A stretch of DNA of 64,000 bases from Mobula hypostoma (lineage: Eukaryota), in the NCBI RefSeq assembly GCF_963921235.1, contig NC_086097.1, forward strand, positions 138,634,001-138,698,000, written 5' to 3'. Positions 51,546 through 63,394 of this stretch are shown here, in pieces. The translations under genes and the position numbers were made by a program. The notes under the pieces were generated by a model that saw nothing but the letters and a program-made list of their open reading frames with translations, searched no databases and was not told the origin of the DNA. Numbering within the stretch: position 1 is the first letter of the stretch; each line of letters opens with the position of its first letter.

Positions 51546-51810
51546 GATGGCTTTTTAGAGCAGCTTGTGGTTGAGCCCACTAGGGGAAAGGCAATTCTGG
51601 ATCGGGTGTTGTGTAATGAACCAGATATGATGAGGGAGCTTAAGATAAAGAAACCCTTGGGAGACAGTGATCAAAATATGACAGAATTCATCATGCATTT
51701 GAGAGAGAGAAGCTAAAATCAAATGTATCAGTATTACAATGGAGTAAAGGGAATTACAGAGACATGAGAGAGGAGCTGGCCTAGTTGATTGGAAGGGAGC
51801 TCTATCAGGG

Positions 51811-52457
51811 ATTAGATTAGATTAGATTATGAGGACACTCAGTCCTCGTTTATTGTCATTTAGAAATGCATGCGTTAAGAAATGATACAATGTTCCTCCA
51901 GAGTGATATCACAAAAAAAACAGGATAAGCCAAAGGCTAACACTGACAAGACCACATAATTATAACATATAGTTACAGCAGTGCAAAGCAATACCATAAT
52001 TTGATAAAGAACAGACTATGGGCACGGTAAAAAAAATTCTCAAAGCTCCAATCGACTCCCAATAGTCCCCAATAGCAGGCGGCAGAAGGGAGAAACTCGC
52101 TTCTTGGAAGCACCCGACCACAGCCGACTCTGAGTCTGTCCGAAAACTTTGAGCCTCCGACCAGCCCTCCGACACCGAGCACTGAGCACCATCTCTGCCG
52201 AGCACTTTGTCCCCGCCCCCGGCCGCCAAGCAACAGGCAAAGCCGAGGACTCGGAGCCTTCCCATCCAGAGAATCAGGATCACACAGTAACAGCGGCAGC
52301 GAAAAAGGCATTTCAGAAGTTTCTCCAGATGTTCCTCATGCTCTCACGTCTGCCTCCATCAAATCAGGATTAAGCACGGCACCCTACTTGACAGATTACA
52401 GATATCATTCACCGGAGTGGCCATGCGTGCTGTGTCGCACTGCCATCTTTTCCTCCT
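51811..52457 (-). mobile_element. Full-length copy of the (AATCT)n-tailed non-coding retroposon, nested in CR1
   Basis: Colinear with 9252-9922. gggat at both junctions. Confidence 0.85.
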
Positions 52458-53773
52458 TGGGATGGTGGCAGAACGGCAGTGGCTGGAGTTTCTGGGGGCA
52501 ATTCAGAAGGCGCAGTATTGACATATCCCAAAGCGGAAGAAGTACTCTAAATGGAGGATGAGGCAACGGTGGCTGACAAGAAAGTCAAAGACAGTGTAAA
52601 AAAAAAGAGAGGGTGTATAATATAGCAAAGATTAGAGGGATGTTAGAGGATTAGGAAGTCTTTGAAAACCATCAGAGGCAACTAAAAACCAGAAGGGAAG
52701 AAAAGATGAAATACGAAGGTTAGCTGATAATATAAATGAGGATACCAAAAATGTTTTTCAGATAGTGTATAAAGAATAATAGAGAGGTGAGAGTGGACAT
52801 CGGACTGCTGGAAAATGAGGCTGGAGAGTTAGTAATGAGGAACAAAGAAACTTTGTTTTTACATCAGTCTTCACCTTGGAAGACACTAGCAATATGCCAG
52901 AAATTCAAGGAAGTCGGGGGCAGAAGTGAGAGAAATTTCTATTACTAAGAAGATGCTTGGGAAGCTGAAAGTTCTGAAGGTAGATAAATCACCTGGACCA
53001 GATGGACTACACCCCTGGGTCCTGAAGGAGGTAACTGAATAGATTCTTTCAGGAATCACTAGATTCTGGAATGGTTCTGGAGGACAAAAAAATTGCAAAT
53101 GTCACTCCACTCTTTAAGAATGGAAGGAAGCAGAGCAAAGGAAATTATAGGTCAGTTAGCCTGACTTCAGTGGTTGGGAAAATGTTGGAGTCCATTATTA
53201 AGGATGAAGTTTCAGGGTACTTGGAGGCACATGATAAAATAGGCCAAAGTCAGCATGGTTTCTTTAAGGGGAACAGTAGGCCGGATAGACAGTCAGTGGA
53301 TGTTGGTTACTTGGAAATTCAGAAGGCCTTGACAAGCACATGATATTACAGGAAAGATAATAGGATGGATAGAAGATTGACTGACTGGCAGGAGGCGAAG
53401 ATTGGGAATAAAGGTGGCATATTCTGGTTGCCTGCCAGTGACAAGTGATGCTCTATGGGAGTTGGTATTGGGACCGCTTCTTTTCATGCAATATGGCAAT
53501 GATTTGGATGATGGAATTGATAGCTTTATGGCCAAGTTGCAGACAATACGAAGATAGGTGGAGAGGCAGATAGTGTTGAGGAAGCAGGGGTCTGCAGGAG
53601 GACTTCGATGGATTGGCTGAAAGAAGTGGCTGATGGAATATTGTGTAGGGAAGTGTATGGTCATGCACTTTAGTGGAAGGAATAAAGGTGTAGTCTATTT
53701 TCTAAACGGGGAGAAAATTCAAAAATCAGAAGTGCAAAGGGGCTTGGGAGTCCTTGTGCAGGATTCCCTAAAG

Positions 53774-53852
53774 CAGGGGTTCCCAACCTGAGATTCTGAC
53801 CCCTTGGCTAATGGTAGGGGGTTCATGGCTTAAAAAAGGTTGTGAACCCCTG
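53774..53852. mobile_element. 79-bp hAT MITE nested in CR1
   Basis: TIRs caggggttcccaacct / aggttgtgaacccctg. cctaaag duplicated on both sides. Confidence 0.85.
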
Positions 53853-56699
53853 CCTAAAGGTTAACTTGCAGGTTAAGTCAGTGGTAAAGAAGGTTAGCGG
53901 TCATTTTGAGAGCACTAGAATATAAGAGCAAAGATATAATGCTGAGGCTTTATAAGGAATTGATCAGACTGCATTTGGAGTACTGTGAGCAGTTTTGGGC
54001 CCCTTTTCTAAGAAAAGAAATGCTGCATTGGAGAGGGTCCAGAGCAGGTTCACGAAAATGATTCCGGTAATGAAACTGTTAATCTATATGGAATGTTTGA
54101 TGGCTCTGGGCCTTTACTCACTGAAATTTAGAAGAATGAGGGGGGATCTCATTGAAACCTATTGAATACTGAAAGGCCTAGATACAGTGGATGTGGAGAG
54201 GATGTTTCCCATAGTGGGTGAGTCTAGGACCGGAGGGCACAGCCTCAGAATAGAAGGATGTCCATTTAGAACAGAGATGAGAAGGAATTTCTGTTGCTAG
54301 AGGGTGGCGAATCTGAGGCATTCATTGCCACAAACTGCTGTGGAGGCCAAGTCATTGGATATATTTAAAGCAGAGGTGGATAGGTTCTTGATTAGTCAGG
54401 GCGTCAAAAGATATGGGGAGAAGGCAGGAGAATGGGTTTGAGAGGGATAATAATTCAGCTATGCTGGACAACAGAGTAGACTCAATGGGCCGAATGGCAT
54501 ATTTATGCTCCTATGTTTTATGGTCTTGCGGTCATCCACAGCCCATTTTGAGAGAGGCTGCATTACACTCGGAGTGCCCCATTTCTAAGGTAGTCCACCT
54601 CTGAGCTAACCCACTGAAATGTGTTTTGTTTTCTCACTCTGTAGTATCTTTACATGAGTTTTTGTCATTGATGAGATCACACATAAATACCAATGCTTTG
54701 TATGTAAACTAATCCTTCAAACCATCCTAAGATCCTGCCCTCCCTCTGTATCTTTTCACTCCAAGGCTGCTGTTGGTCAGGCTGCCATCTCCTGTTGAGT
54801 GAGTCACCTTTGTTCAATTGGATTAATGGAGGAAGCATTGAACTGCTCTGCACTGCCAGAAAGGCAGAAAATATGCATTCCAAGCTTAGGAAGAGCATAT
54901 AAATCCCACTTAAGAAGGCTGGTTGAATTCCAAATCTCTTCCCAATTCCCAGCTTTGGTGTCATTCGAACTCACATGATTATCTTTTACCCCTTTGAAAC
55001 TGCTCGACTCACGCACTGTTTAGGAGAGAAATGGAATTAGTATTTTTGCCAGTACCAGGAGTCACGGAACCAGACGAGTCTTCCCCCTGTTATTCAAAAG
55101 TGATTCATGACTTTCACCAGACTGGTGATAGACAGCTAATCCACGTGGGAGGCGGAATGAAACGGCGTACCCTAGAAATGGCGTAACAGGGCAACACATC
55201 TACCAAATGGTACAGAATCCGATTAACTGACCTGTCTACTTGGCCTTGAATCAAACCTCTTCGCGTAGCCACTGAATTATGGCTCTCCGAGTCACAGGCG
55301 GTGCTCTATGCCTGTGACTGATGGTGGACTCTCAGCATTAAAAGTTGCCTGCTTTTAATCAGAATAACCCTTGAAAGTATGCATTATTATCTCACAGACT
55401 TACATCAAGGACTTGAGCAATGTAATTCTTCGGAAATGCTTTTCATATTTGGGGATCATCTATTAATAATCTGAAACCCATAACTTTTTAGCTCGTGATA
55501 TGTCTTGACAACTATCATATATAACCTTTATTGAAATGACACTAGGCACATTCTGTTCACCATTTCTCCTTCACTGTGCAGCGCTACCTCAATTATGATT
55601 TTAATTCTCTGCGTACTGAGAACTGTCACTGTGGAATTGCAAAACAAAACTCAGAGAAGTGCACATGCAATTTTGAAAAATCTGCTTACGTTCAAGTGCA
55701 AGTAATGAATGTAACAGAATTTACTGGAGACAATTTTGAATCTTACTAAAGGCCTTCCCAAATGTCTCATGCTGTACTGTAATGGCTTTAGGAGAAGGTA
55801 ACATGATCACTGCTACAGCAGAGAGGGATAATGAATAATTTATTTCACTATCATAAAATGTTTACATCAACCTGATAGTCAGAGTCCACTAAATCTTATT
55901 TAACTCTAAGAGCAATTAGATCTCAAATTTGAAAATTTATTATTTCTTGCAATTGTGGTCAGATTCCAGGCTATTCAGCCCAACAAATGCATGCTGACCC
56001 TTTAAAAATCAATCTGTTCAATTCCTTTGCTCTGCTCTCTCCTTGTACAACTACAACAACTTCTAGGAGAACTTATCCTTGTGAAGGCTTCTGTTGGGTC
56101 ATAAACCGTCCTGTCAATCAATGCATAACAACTGGTTGATATGTAGAATTGTTTCCCTTGTCTTTGTGGGTTTTTTTCCTACTCACTGTTATTCTATGTC
56201 CTCAGCTCTCTGCGATGGGGAACAGAGAGTCGCGGGGGACCCCTCAACCCGGTCCACCCTGTGACTTAATTTCAAACTTCAGTCTCTCCCCATCCCCATC
56301 AATACTTCAATTAACAAAAATCTATCAAGCCCAGATTTAAAATTAACTATTGCCCTTTGCAAAAGAGGGTGACAAAGTTTGATCATCTTGGGCAGAAGCG
56401 AATTTCTAACAATTCTGAAAATGCCAGTTTTAATGTTCAGTAATTCCAGATTCCTCTTCAGGGGCAAAGTTCCTATCCTTCTACTCTCTCAACCCTGCTT
56501 CAAGCCTTCTTTAAAATCCCCACTGGTCTTCTTAATTCTAGAGAATATAGCTCCAGTTTGTCCAGAATTTTCTCACCCCTAATGTAATAGCCAAGTTCCC
56601 AACCTTTCATGAAGTGTCATCCACCCCTCCCCAAGGGCTGGTGCCCAGTGATTTGGCCTGGACTTTAATCCAGGGCTTGGGTTAAGCTTCCCAATGGAC

Positions 56700-56990
56700 A
56701 GAAGATACAAACGCTTGGGAGTATGGATGACCAGGCTTCTATACACTATTATCAGACTCTTGAACAGACATCTCATATGCTAAAAGATAGACACTTGATC
56801 TCTCAATCTACCTTGTCATGGCCCTTGTACTTGAATTGTCCTCCAGCACTACACTTTCTCTGTAACTGTAAAATATTCTGCTTTTCTGTTTACCACTTTG
56901 AGGTTATTATGTGCAGAATGACCTGTCTGGATCAGACGCAAACCAAAAACTTTCACTTTATCTCAGTAGATGTGTCGATAATAAACTTAT
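56700..56990 (+). mobile_element. Rex1-like LINE 3' tail
   Basis: gcactacactttctctgtaactgtaa...tttcactttatctcagtagatgtgtcgataataaac, a typical LINE 3' UTR ending. Confidence 0.5.
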
Positions 56991-58261
56991 ACTGTACCAA
57001 TAATTTAGCATTGGAGGGTGATGGATGAACATTGAATACCTGGATTGTCACTCACTATCTGTTCAGTGTAACGTCCAGGCACTGAGTCATTGATGTGTGT
57101 TCGTCCCCTGGGATCTTGCCCTCTAACTCATAGGTACAGATAATGCACAGCCCAAATTTTGTGTTCCTCTCCCTGGTGAGTTCAGAACAGGATCATTATC
57201 CACGTTCACTCCCAGCCATTCAGATTCAAATTCAGCTTCCTCAACAATCTGTGACAGCTCTCCACAGTTGACGCGCTGCCCCACCAGCTGTCCACTGCCA
57301 CTCTCCAATTTTCTCCATTCCCACCATCTCTTCCTTAGGCCATGAACTCCAGTCTCGGGTCATTCCCACTTCTATCTGGTGGGTGATGAAGGCAATGTGG
57401 GACACTGGACTCAGACCTTCTTTACTGTGAGCGGGGAACATTTTACCTTTTGAAGTCACTCTCTGGCCACCGAAGGAGGGGATCACTGGGCATTGGGCTC
57501 AGCAGCAAGTGGAGTCACTAAACTGAGAGCTTGTGGATGGGTTCAGGAGATTTGGTGGCATTTTGGTGAAGAGTTCAGGGGTGCTCTTCCTCAAGACCCA
57601 TGGGCCAACAACTTTCTTCAATAAACATCACAAAAGCAGATCATCTGGACATTTATGGGACCGTTAAATTTGGCCTCATTTCCTGTATCACATTAACAGC
57701 TTCATTGGCTGGGAAGATCTTTAGGATAATGTGATGTTACATAGAACATAGAATAGTACAGCACAGCACAGTACAGGCCCTTCAGCCCACAATGACCCTT
57801 AAACCCTGCCTCCCATATAACCCCCCACCTTAAATTCCTCCATATACCTGTCTAGTAGTCTCTTATGAAAGAGTTTAGAGTGATGCAAGTATTTCTATTT
57901 CTTATATCTTCTGCTTTCTTCCTCTCTTCTTTTCTCTTTTGTTCCTCTCTTATTCCCTTGTTCCCATCTCTCATTACCTTTCTTTTCTCCTGTATCCTTT
58001 ATATTTTGTCTGTTAATCCACCTGCACCGATATGAAACTAGCACCACCGATTCCGGCACTGTAAATATGAGGATAAGTAGCACGTCTGTCACATATTAAA
58101 TATGTTCATATAATTCTGCTACATCATCACTTTCAATGTTTCAGAAATTAAAATAAACCATCTTTATGAAGTTTCCATACAGGTTTTAACAGCAATTCTG
58201 TTTGTGGAAACAGGAGAGGATGGGAAGAGCTAACTTGCAACACACAGAAGCAAGAGAGACT

Positions 58262-58340
58262 GGGTTCTGATGAAGGGTCTTGGCCTGAAACGACAACAGT
58301 GTATTCATTTCCATAAATGTGGCGTTCCTCCAGCATCTTG

Positions 58341-58380
<40 letters not shown>

Positions 58381-58530
58381 GCTCTGGATTTCCAGCATCT
58401 GTAGACTCTCTTGTGTTAGAGACTGCAGATGCTGGAAATCTGGATCAACAAACACAAAATGATTGGTCATTTTCTGCCATAGATGCTGCCTGACCTGACC
58501 TGCTGAGGTCTCCCAGCATTTTGTATGTGT
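58262..58530. mobile_element. Cluster of Penelope-derived tail units in mixed orientation, with a (TG)n expansion
   Basis: ctgatgaagggtcttggcctgaaacg at 58267-58292. (TG)n at about 58339-58378. Tail-to-tail gatttccagcatctgtag...ctgcagatgctggaaatc. Confidence 0.8.
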
Positions 58531-58999
58531 ATGTTGTACCTGAATTATATAGCCCTTCTTCAAACATGCCAAATATTGTCAGTGTAAGTACAGTAGGAGG
58601 GATGTGCCATTTCCTGTCCATAGGATCTCCCAAAGGCCTTCACAGCCAATGAGAAACTGGCCCACTGTAGTCATTTGCTGTATGCGCAAAATTAAACTTA
58701 GCCAGCCTCTAGCAATGATAGTCAAACTTTTGATCCACGATTTGGCTGGGAAGTGCAGCATGTTCATCAGCTGCTACCCACTTGCTTCTATTTCATGCAC
58801 CTGCTCACAACGTTTACTCCGGGGAGGTGCAGACTTCTGGACCGTGGGATCTTACTGTGCAGCCCAGGATCTGCAGCAGTTTTAGCGTGTGCTGGAGACA
58901 GCTGGAGGATTCTGCCACGCGTACCACCTTGTCTATGGTTATCAGTCATAAAGACTACGCAACTGGTCTACTGCCTTAAGTCTTACATCTTAGACTTCT

Positions 59000-59280
59000 T
59001 CTCAGGGTGAGGAGTGTGAAACTAGAGGACATAGAATAAGGTGACGATGGAAATATTTTAAAGGGATCTGAGGGGCAAATTTTTTATATAGAAAGTAGCG
59101 GGTAAATAGGAACGAGCTGCGGCTGAGGTGGGGACAATGATGACATTTAGACAGGTACATGGAAAAGTCTCGGAGGGAAATGGACGGAAAGTAGGCAAAT
59201 CATACTAGCTTAGACAGACAGTTCATTCAAAAGGGAGCAGGAGGGCTGAAATGTCTACTTCCGTGCTCCATATTACTCTG
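59000..59280 (+). mobile_element. Old CR1 3' fragment
   Basis: aactagaggacatag...gatctgaggggcaaatttttt...ttccgtgct. Further CR1 scraps at about 56240-56590, 57740-57865 and 59400-59620. Confidence 0.6.
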
Positions 59281-61179
59281 AGGTCCCACTCGCCAGTATC
59301 CTCCCCAAGCAGTTCATCTGGGAATTGTATTCCAAAATTGTCAGCGCATTAGGATTGTGGAAAAGACTTCCTTCCTCAATACCTTAATGTACATAGGGTA
59401 AATGGGAACGACCTTTTGGTCCATTGCTCCCTGAACCTTTTCCATCCACCTGTCCAAATGGGATCACTGTCCCCAGCTGAACCACTTCTTCTGGTAGCTC
59501 GTTCCTATTTACCCGCTACTTTCTGTATAAAAAAAATTGCCCCTCGGGTCCCTTTAAAATTTTTCCCTTCTCGCCTTATTCTAATGTCCCCTAGTTTTAC
59601 ACTCCTCTATCCTGAGGAAAAAGTCTAAGATGCAAGTCTTAACAAAATTGAGTGTGCGTGATCTAGGAAGGTGTTACAGAAAGTCTTTTCCACAAAGCTA
59701 ATATGCCAACAATCTTGGAATAGGTTTCCAACAAACTGTTGGTATTTTGATAGCAGTTTGTCACATCTCCTGGTCCCGCTGCACTGCCAGTGCTGAGTCG
59801 CTCAGCTCCAGCGGAGCAGACAGAGCCTGAAGCCTGCACTGGCCTCTCATTATCTGTATGGTAAAATGAAGCAAGCTGTGCATGAGGGAACGGACCAATC
59901 TGAGTACTAATTAACTTCTCATTGAACTCTAATGCCCCTTTTGCTGTGCTCTCTCATACTACAGACTATAATTAGTTTAATTGTGCATCAGAGGGCTCTT
60001 GCCTCTGAGCCATTGAGTTGTGGAGTTGAGTTTAAGACTCAAGAGGTTTGACTGTACACTCCTTGTTGTGGTGTAATTTAGCATTGCAGACTGGTTAGAG
60101 ATCATATGAGTCTATAGAACAAGCCTTACCTTTAGAAGGTGTGAAAGATCTAGCTGCTTTTCTTCTGTGTAAGAAAAGTTCCCCTCAAGCAACATTGATG
60201 AGATTGATCTTTCTGACCCCTGCGAGGCACCCCTCCAACCTACACTTTGAGCACCTCGAGCGGAGTAAAGCTCCCAGCAGTGTTCTTGGACAAAACCTGA
60301 TGGGCACATTCTGATGGGTAACTAGAAGCTTGATCAGAGGCAAGACGGAGAAAGGCGGGATTCGCAAGTTCCTGCTTTAATAAGGACCTAGCTTCAGAAG
60401 TCAACGTAAGGCAGAGATTGTGCGGAGGTGAGATTAAAGGCTTGTATTCTGTGGAGAAGTGCTTCCTCCCAAAGCAACAAGCCAACTCTCCCATGGTGTC
60501 TTGAGATTTTTGTGTAAAGCTGTGATGGAGTTTAATAGACCACCTAGTTAGTTTCTTAGACTGAAAATGAACTGTCTAGCATTCCCTGAATAGCTGAGTT
60601 AATTCTTACACCAGTGTTGTCAGCCAGTGGCTGTGTGATGTAAAATCAACTGAACAGCTTATAAATGATCACATTCATTACAAATATCACTGTTCACCTT
60701 CTGTGGATTTGGACTCCGGTCACGACAATTTAACATAAGGACATTCCCGTCTTATCTTTGGCTGAATTAAAGAGGTAAATCATGGTCAGTGAGGAGGTTG
60801 ATGGAACTGTGGTACCGGCCCTGATGGGATGCAGATGCAACTGTCGAAAAGGAGCAGCACTCCTGTCAAATCATTTTCCTTGGATGTCTAGGAACAGAGG
60901 ATCCGTGGGGAGACTACTCGGCCCCTTTAGGTTGTTATGCCAGAATGATAGCCTGGCCGGATGCTTACTTATAGCTCCACACGCTTTCTGCCTCTTGCCC
61001 AACAGTGACGTGTTGGCCTCCATCCCAGATAGGGAGAGTGAGTCCCAGATTCCTGCAGCTCCTGTGACATCAGCTTGAGATTTTAGTACTTTGTACACAG
61101 CACTGTCCAGGGGCGGCAGCTGAAACCTTTTTGTGACTCGGTCCGCTGACGGGAGTTGAGCTACAACCTTTGACCCCGA

Positions 61180-61375
61180 GTAAAGGGAGTGAAGAGAAAG
61201 TGAGCAGAGATGAAGAGAAACGAAGGAGCGGGACAGGGAGGGAGGAGAGGGAGATGGGAGGACGTACTGCTGAGGAGAAGGAACGGGGAAAGGGAAGTAG
61301 GAAAGAGGAGGGTTATGGAGCAATAGAGGAAGAGGTGAGGGAAGGGGAGAGGGAGAAGGTGTGAGGGAGGCACAG
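61180..61375 (+). repeat. Purine-rich (GA) low-complexity tract
   Basis: Strongly A/G-rich on the + strand. Confidence 0.8.
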
Positions 61376-61649
61376 AGTGGGACTACCGGCGAATTAAAAA
61401 TGAAGCTTTCCCTCTATAATCACTCGGTGAGATCCTTTCAAAACGGTGTGACAGACAACAAACAACCCCATCTGCCGCCTGGACAAGTACAAAGGGAACT
61501 GGTCAATGCCCCGTTACTTCCCTTGGAACCGTCCTCATGACATGGGAATCAATATGGTAGGTAAATGTTGGAGCCATCCACTGGAGATTTACTAGGGCTG
61601 AGTATATTCCTAATCAGAGCTCCCAGATGGAGGCATATTTTAATTATTC

Positions 61650-63360
61650 ATCTCCAGGCATTCCGCGGCAAGACCAGCACTCCCTGTCCAACCCTAACTA
61701 CCACCGAGGAGGCGGTGGGATCAGCCGCTGCCTCGATCCTTCGCAGTCCGTGTGGAGAAACTGACTCCACGGTGGTGGTGGGAAGATCCAAGTTCAAGGA
61801 GTATGGGCAGAAGGCGGGAACAGGGCACACGCAGCGGGCATGATGGGCCGAATGGCCCGCTCCTGTTTCCTGTATTTAGACCAAGCGCTGATGCATGTGT
61901 CCCCGAGCGGAACCCGCGGGCGGCGGCGCTCCCCTGCACCTGCTGCCTTTGTCCTTGGTGGGACGGGAGACAGATTTTGGGACGTGTGTCCGAGGAGCCC
62001 AGGGCGAGTAACTGCGGTGCATGTTGGAGAGGGTGCACACTACAGCCAAACTGTACCAGTGGTGAAGGAAGGGAGTGTTCAGGGTGTGGGGTGGGATGGG
62101 GTGGGGTGGACGGGGTGCGGAGCGAAGTGGCTGCTTTATCCTGGATCGCGCGAAGTTTCCAGAGAGTTGTTGAGGGCGAGTGGCGGGTTTACCAAATGAA
62201 GCCCCTACATTGGCGATTCTCGCAAATCTAACTTATTTCTGTCCTCAGTTCCAACCTTGAGCGCAATTTATCAAAATTAATGCACGCAGCTTTGGGCCCG
62301 AATGATTTAATTGCATCTGCACCCGGTGGCGTTATTGTCGCGTGTCGGCGAGGAGCGGGCGTGGGATGTGGGACGGTCGGAGCCTGCGGACCAGAGTAAG
62401 ACTGTGGAGCGAGCTGATGTGAGACGGGAGCACAGCACCCCCTGTTAGTCCTCAAACCTTTTTGCACCTTGCATTGAAAAGCTGTGGTTTCCTTTCTCTC
62501 CCCCCACCCTGATCAGCAAGTACCACAGCTCCCAGCGTCATCCGAGGAGCCGCTACAAGAGGCAGGGCCGGGACAGACGCTGTCCAGAGGTACCAAGCAC
62601 ATCTCCATGCGCCGATGTTGCACTGATCCTCGCCGCTCTGGTCCGGATCCCGGGCTGACTGTTCAAACTCCTCCCGAGATCGCACGAAGCCTTGGTGTCC
62701 CCGACCCCGTGGAGACGGGGCAGGATTTAAGGCGGGGGTTGAGTGCTCTGGGAGCGGCTCCGTGCGATCGGTTGTCTGGGCGCCGGCTCGCCCCATCCAG
62801 GATGTCGCGGCTGGAAGGTGCCTGAAACCGGAATTATTCGGTGCGTCTACAAAGGGGGGTGGGGGCTGCAGGGAGAGCGGCCGGAGCCCAGGACACCCCC
62901 CAGTTGTTGTCAGATTAATCCGGACACCGCTGGGTGCGGGGGAGCGGAGCGCAGAGTGAGCAAGAGGTCCGGCGGCACGGTCCGATCCCACCGCACGGCC
63001 CCGGAGCACAGATGCATTTTCGACTCTTTTCTCTGGCCCTGCTTCTTGTGAACTGCATGGATTATGGGCACGGCCTAAGGCAGCGAGGCAAGCGGAGCAG
63101 GAGAGGTCAGTGTCGGCGGCGGGACCCCCCGACCCATTCCGCAAACTTCCACCGGGCGCGCTGCAGTTTTACGCGGAGAGCTGATCCTGGGGCGCAGCGC
63201 GATGTGTCTGCGCGCTGAGGGGTTGCCCTGTCCCGGCCGTTGGCCCGGGTCATCAACCGGTCCCCAGTCCAACAGAGAGGAGGTAGAAGTTCCATCGTAT
63301 CCCACCCTCTCCGTGGCCGCTGCGGCTCCTGTCCCGGGCACGGCGGTGAGTGAGGGGCAA
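61650..63360. promoter_or_regulatory. RSPO2: CpG island: RSPO2 promoter and 5' UTR region
   Basis: Abrupt rise in GC and CpG density against a CpG-depleted background, surrounding the RSPO2 ATG. The TSS cannot be placed from sequence alone. Confidence 0.85.
63012..63105 (+). CDS. RSPO2: RSPO2 (R-spondin 2) first coding exon: signal peptide and basic furin-type site
   Basis: Translates MHFRLFSLALLLVNCMDYGHGLRQRGKRSRR plus 1 nt, resembling vertebrate RSPO2 MQFRLFSFALIILNCMDY...RRSKR. 94 coding nt ending at a phase-1 donor GAG|gtcagt (63106). RSPO2 is the known downstream neighbour of EIF3E. Confidence 0.93.
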
Positions 63361-63394
63361 GAGGCAGTTAACTCTCCCCAGCCCAGACTGTCTC

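Larger units (their letters stand above)
49470..54530 (+). mobile_element. Long decayed CR1 LINE with at least five nested insertions
   Basis: ORF1 esterase (NWCRGQGFRFLDHW), APE (LYLNAHSIQNK), RT (ANVTPLFK...NYRSVSLTSVVGKMLE), 3' tail ctcctatgttttatggtctt. Confidence 0.92.

Noticed and set aside
58264..58298. An active hammerhead ribozyme at this copy
   Set aside because: Core boxes are intact but the cleavage triplet is GAC instead of GUC and helix I is only about 3 bp. Reported only as a family fossil.
61098..61125. REST/RE1-like or CTCF-like site (gcactgtccaggggcggcagctgaa)
   Set aside because: Half-site spacing and sequence deviate too far from either consensus.
62452..63144. 230-aa minus-strand ORF and other long ORFs in the CpG island
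   Set aside because: Stop-poor GC-rich DNA with no recognisable domain, overlapping the real RSPO2 exon.
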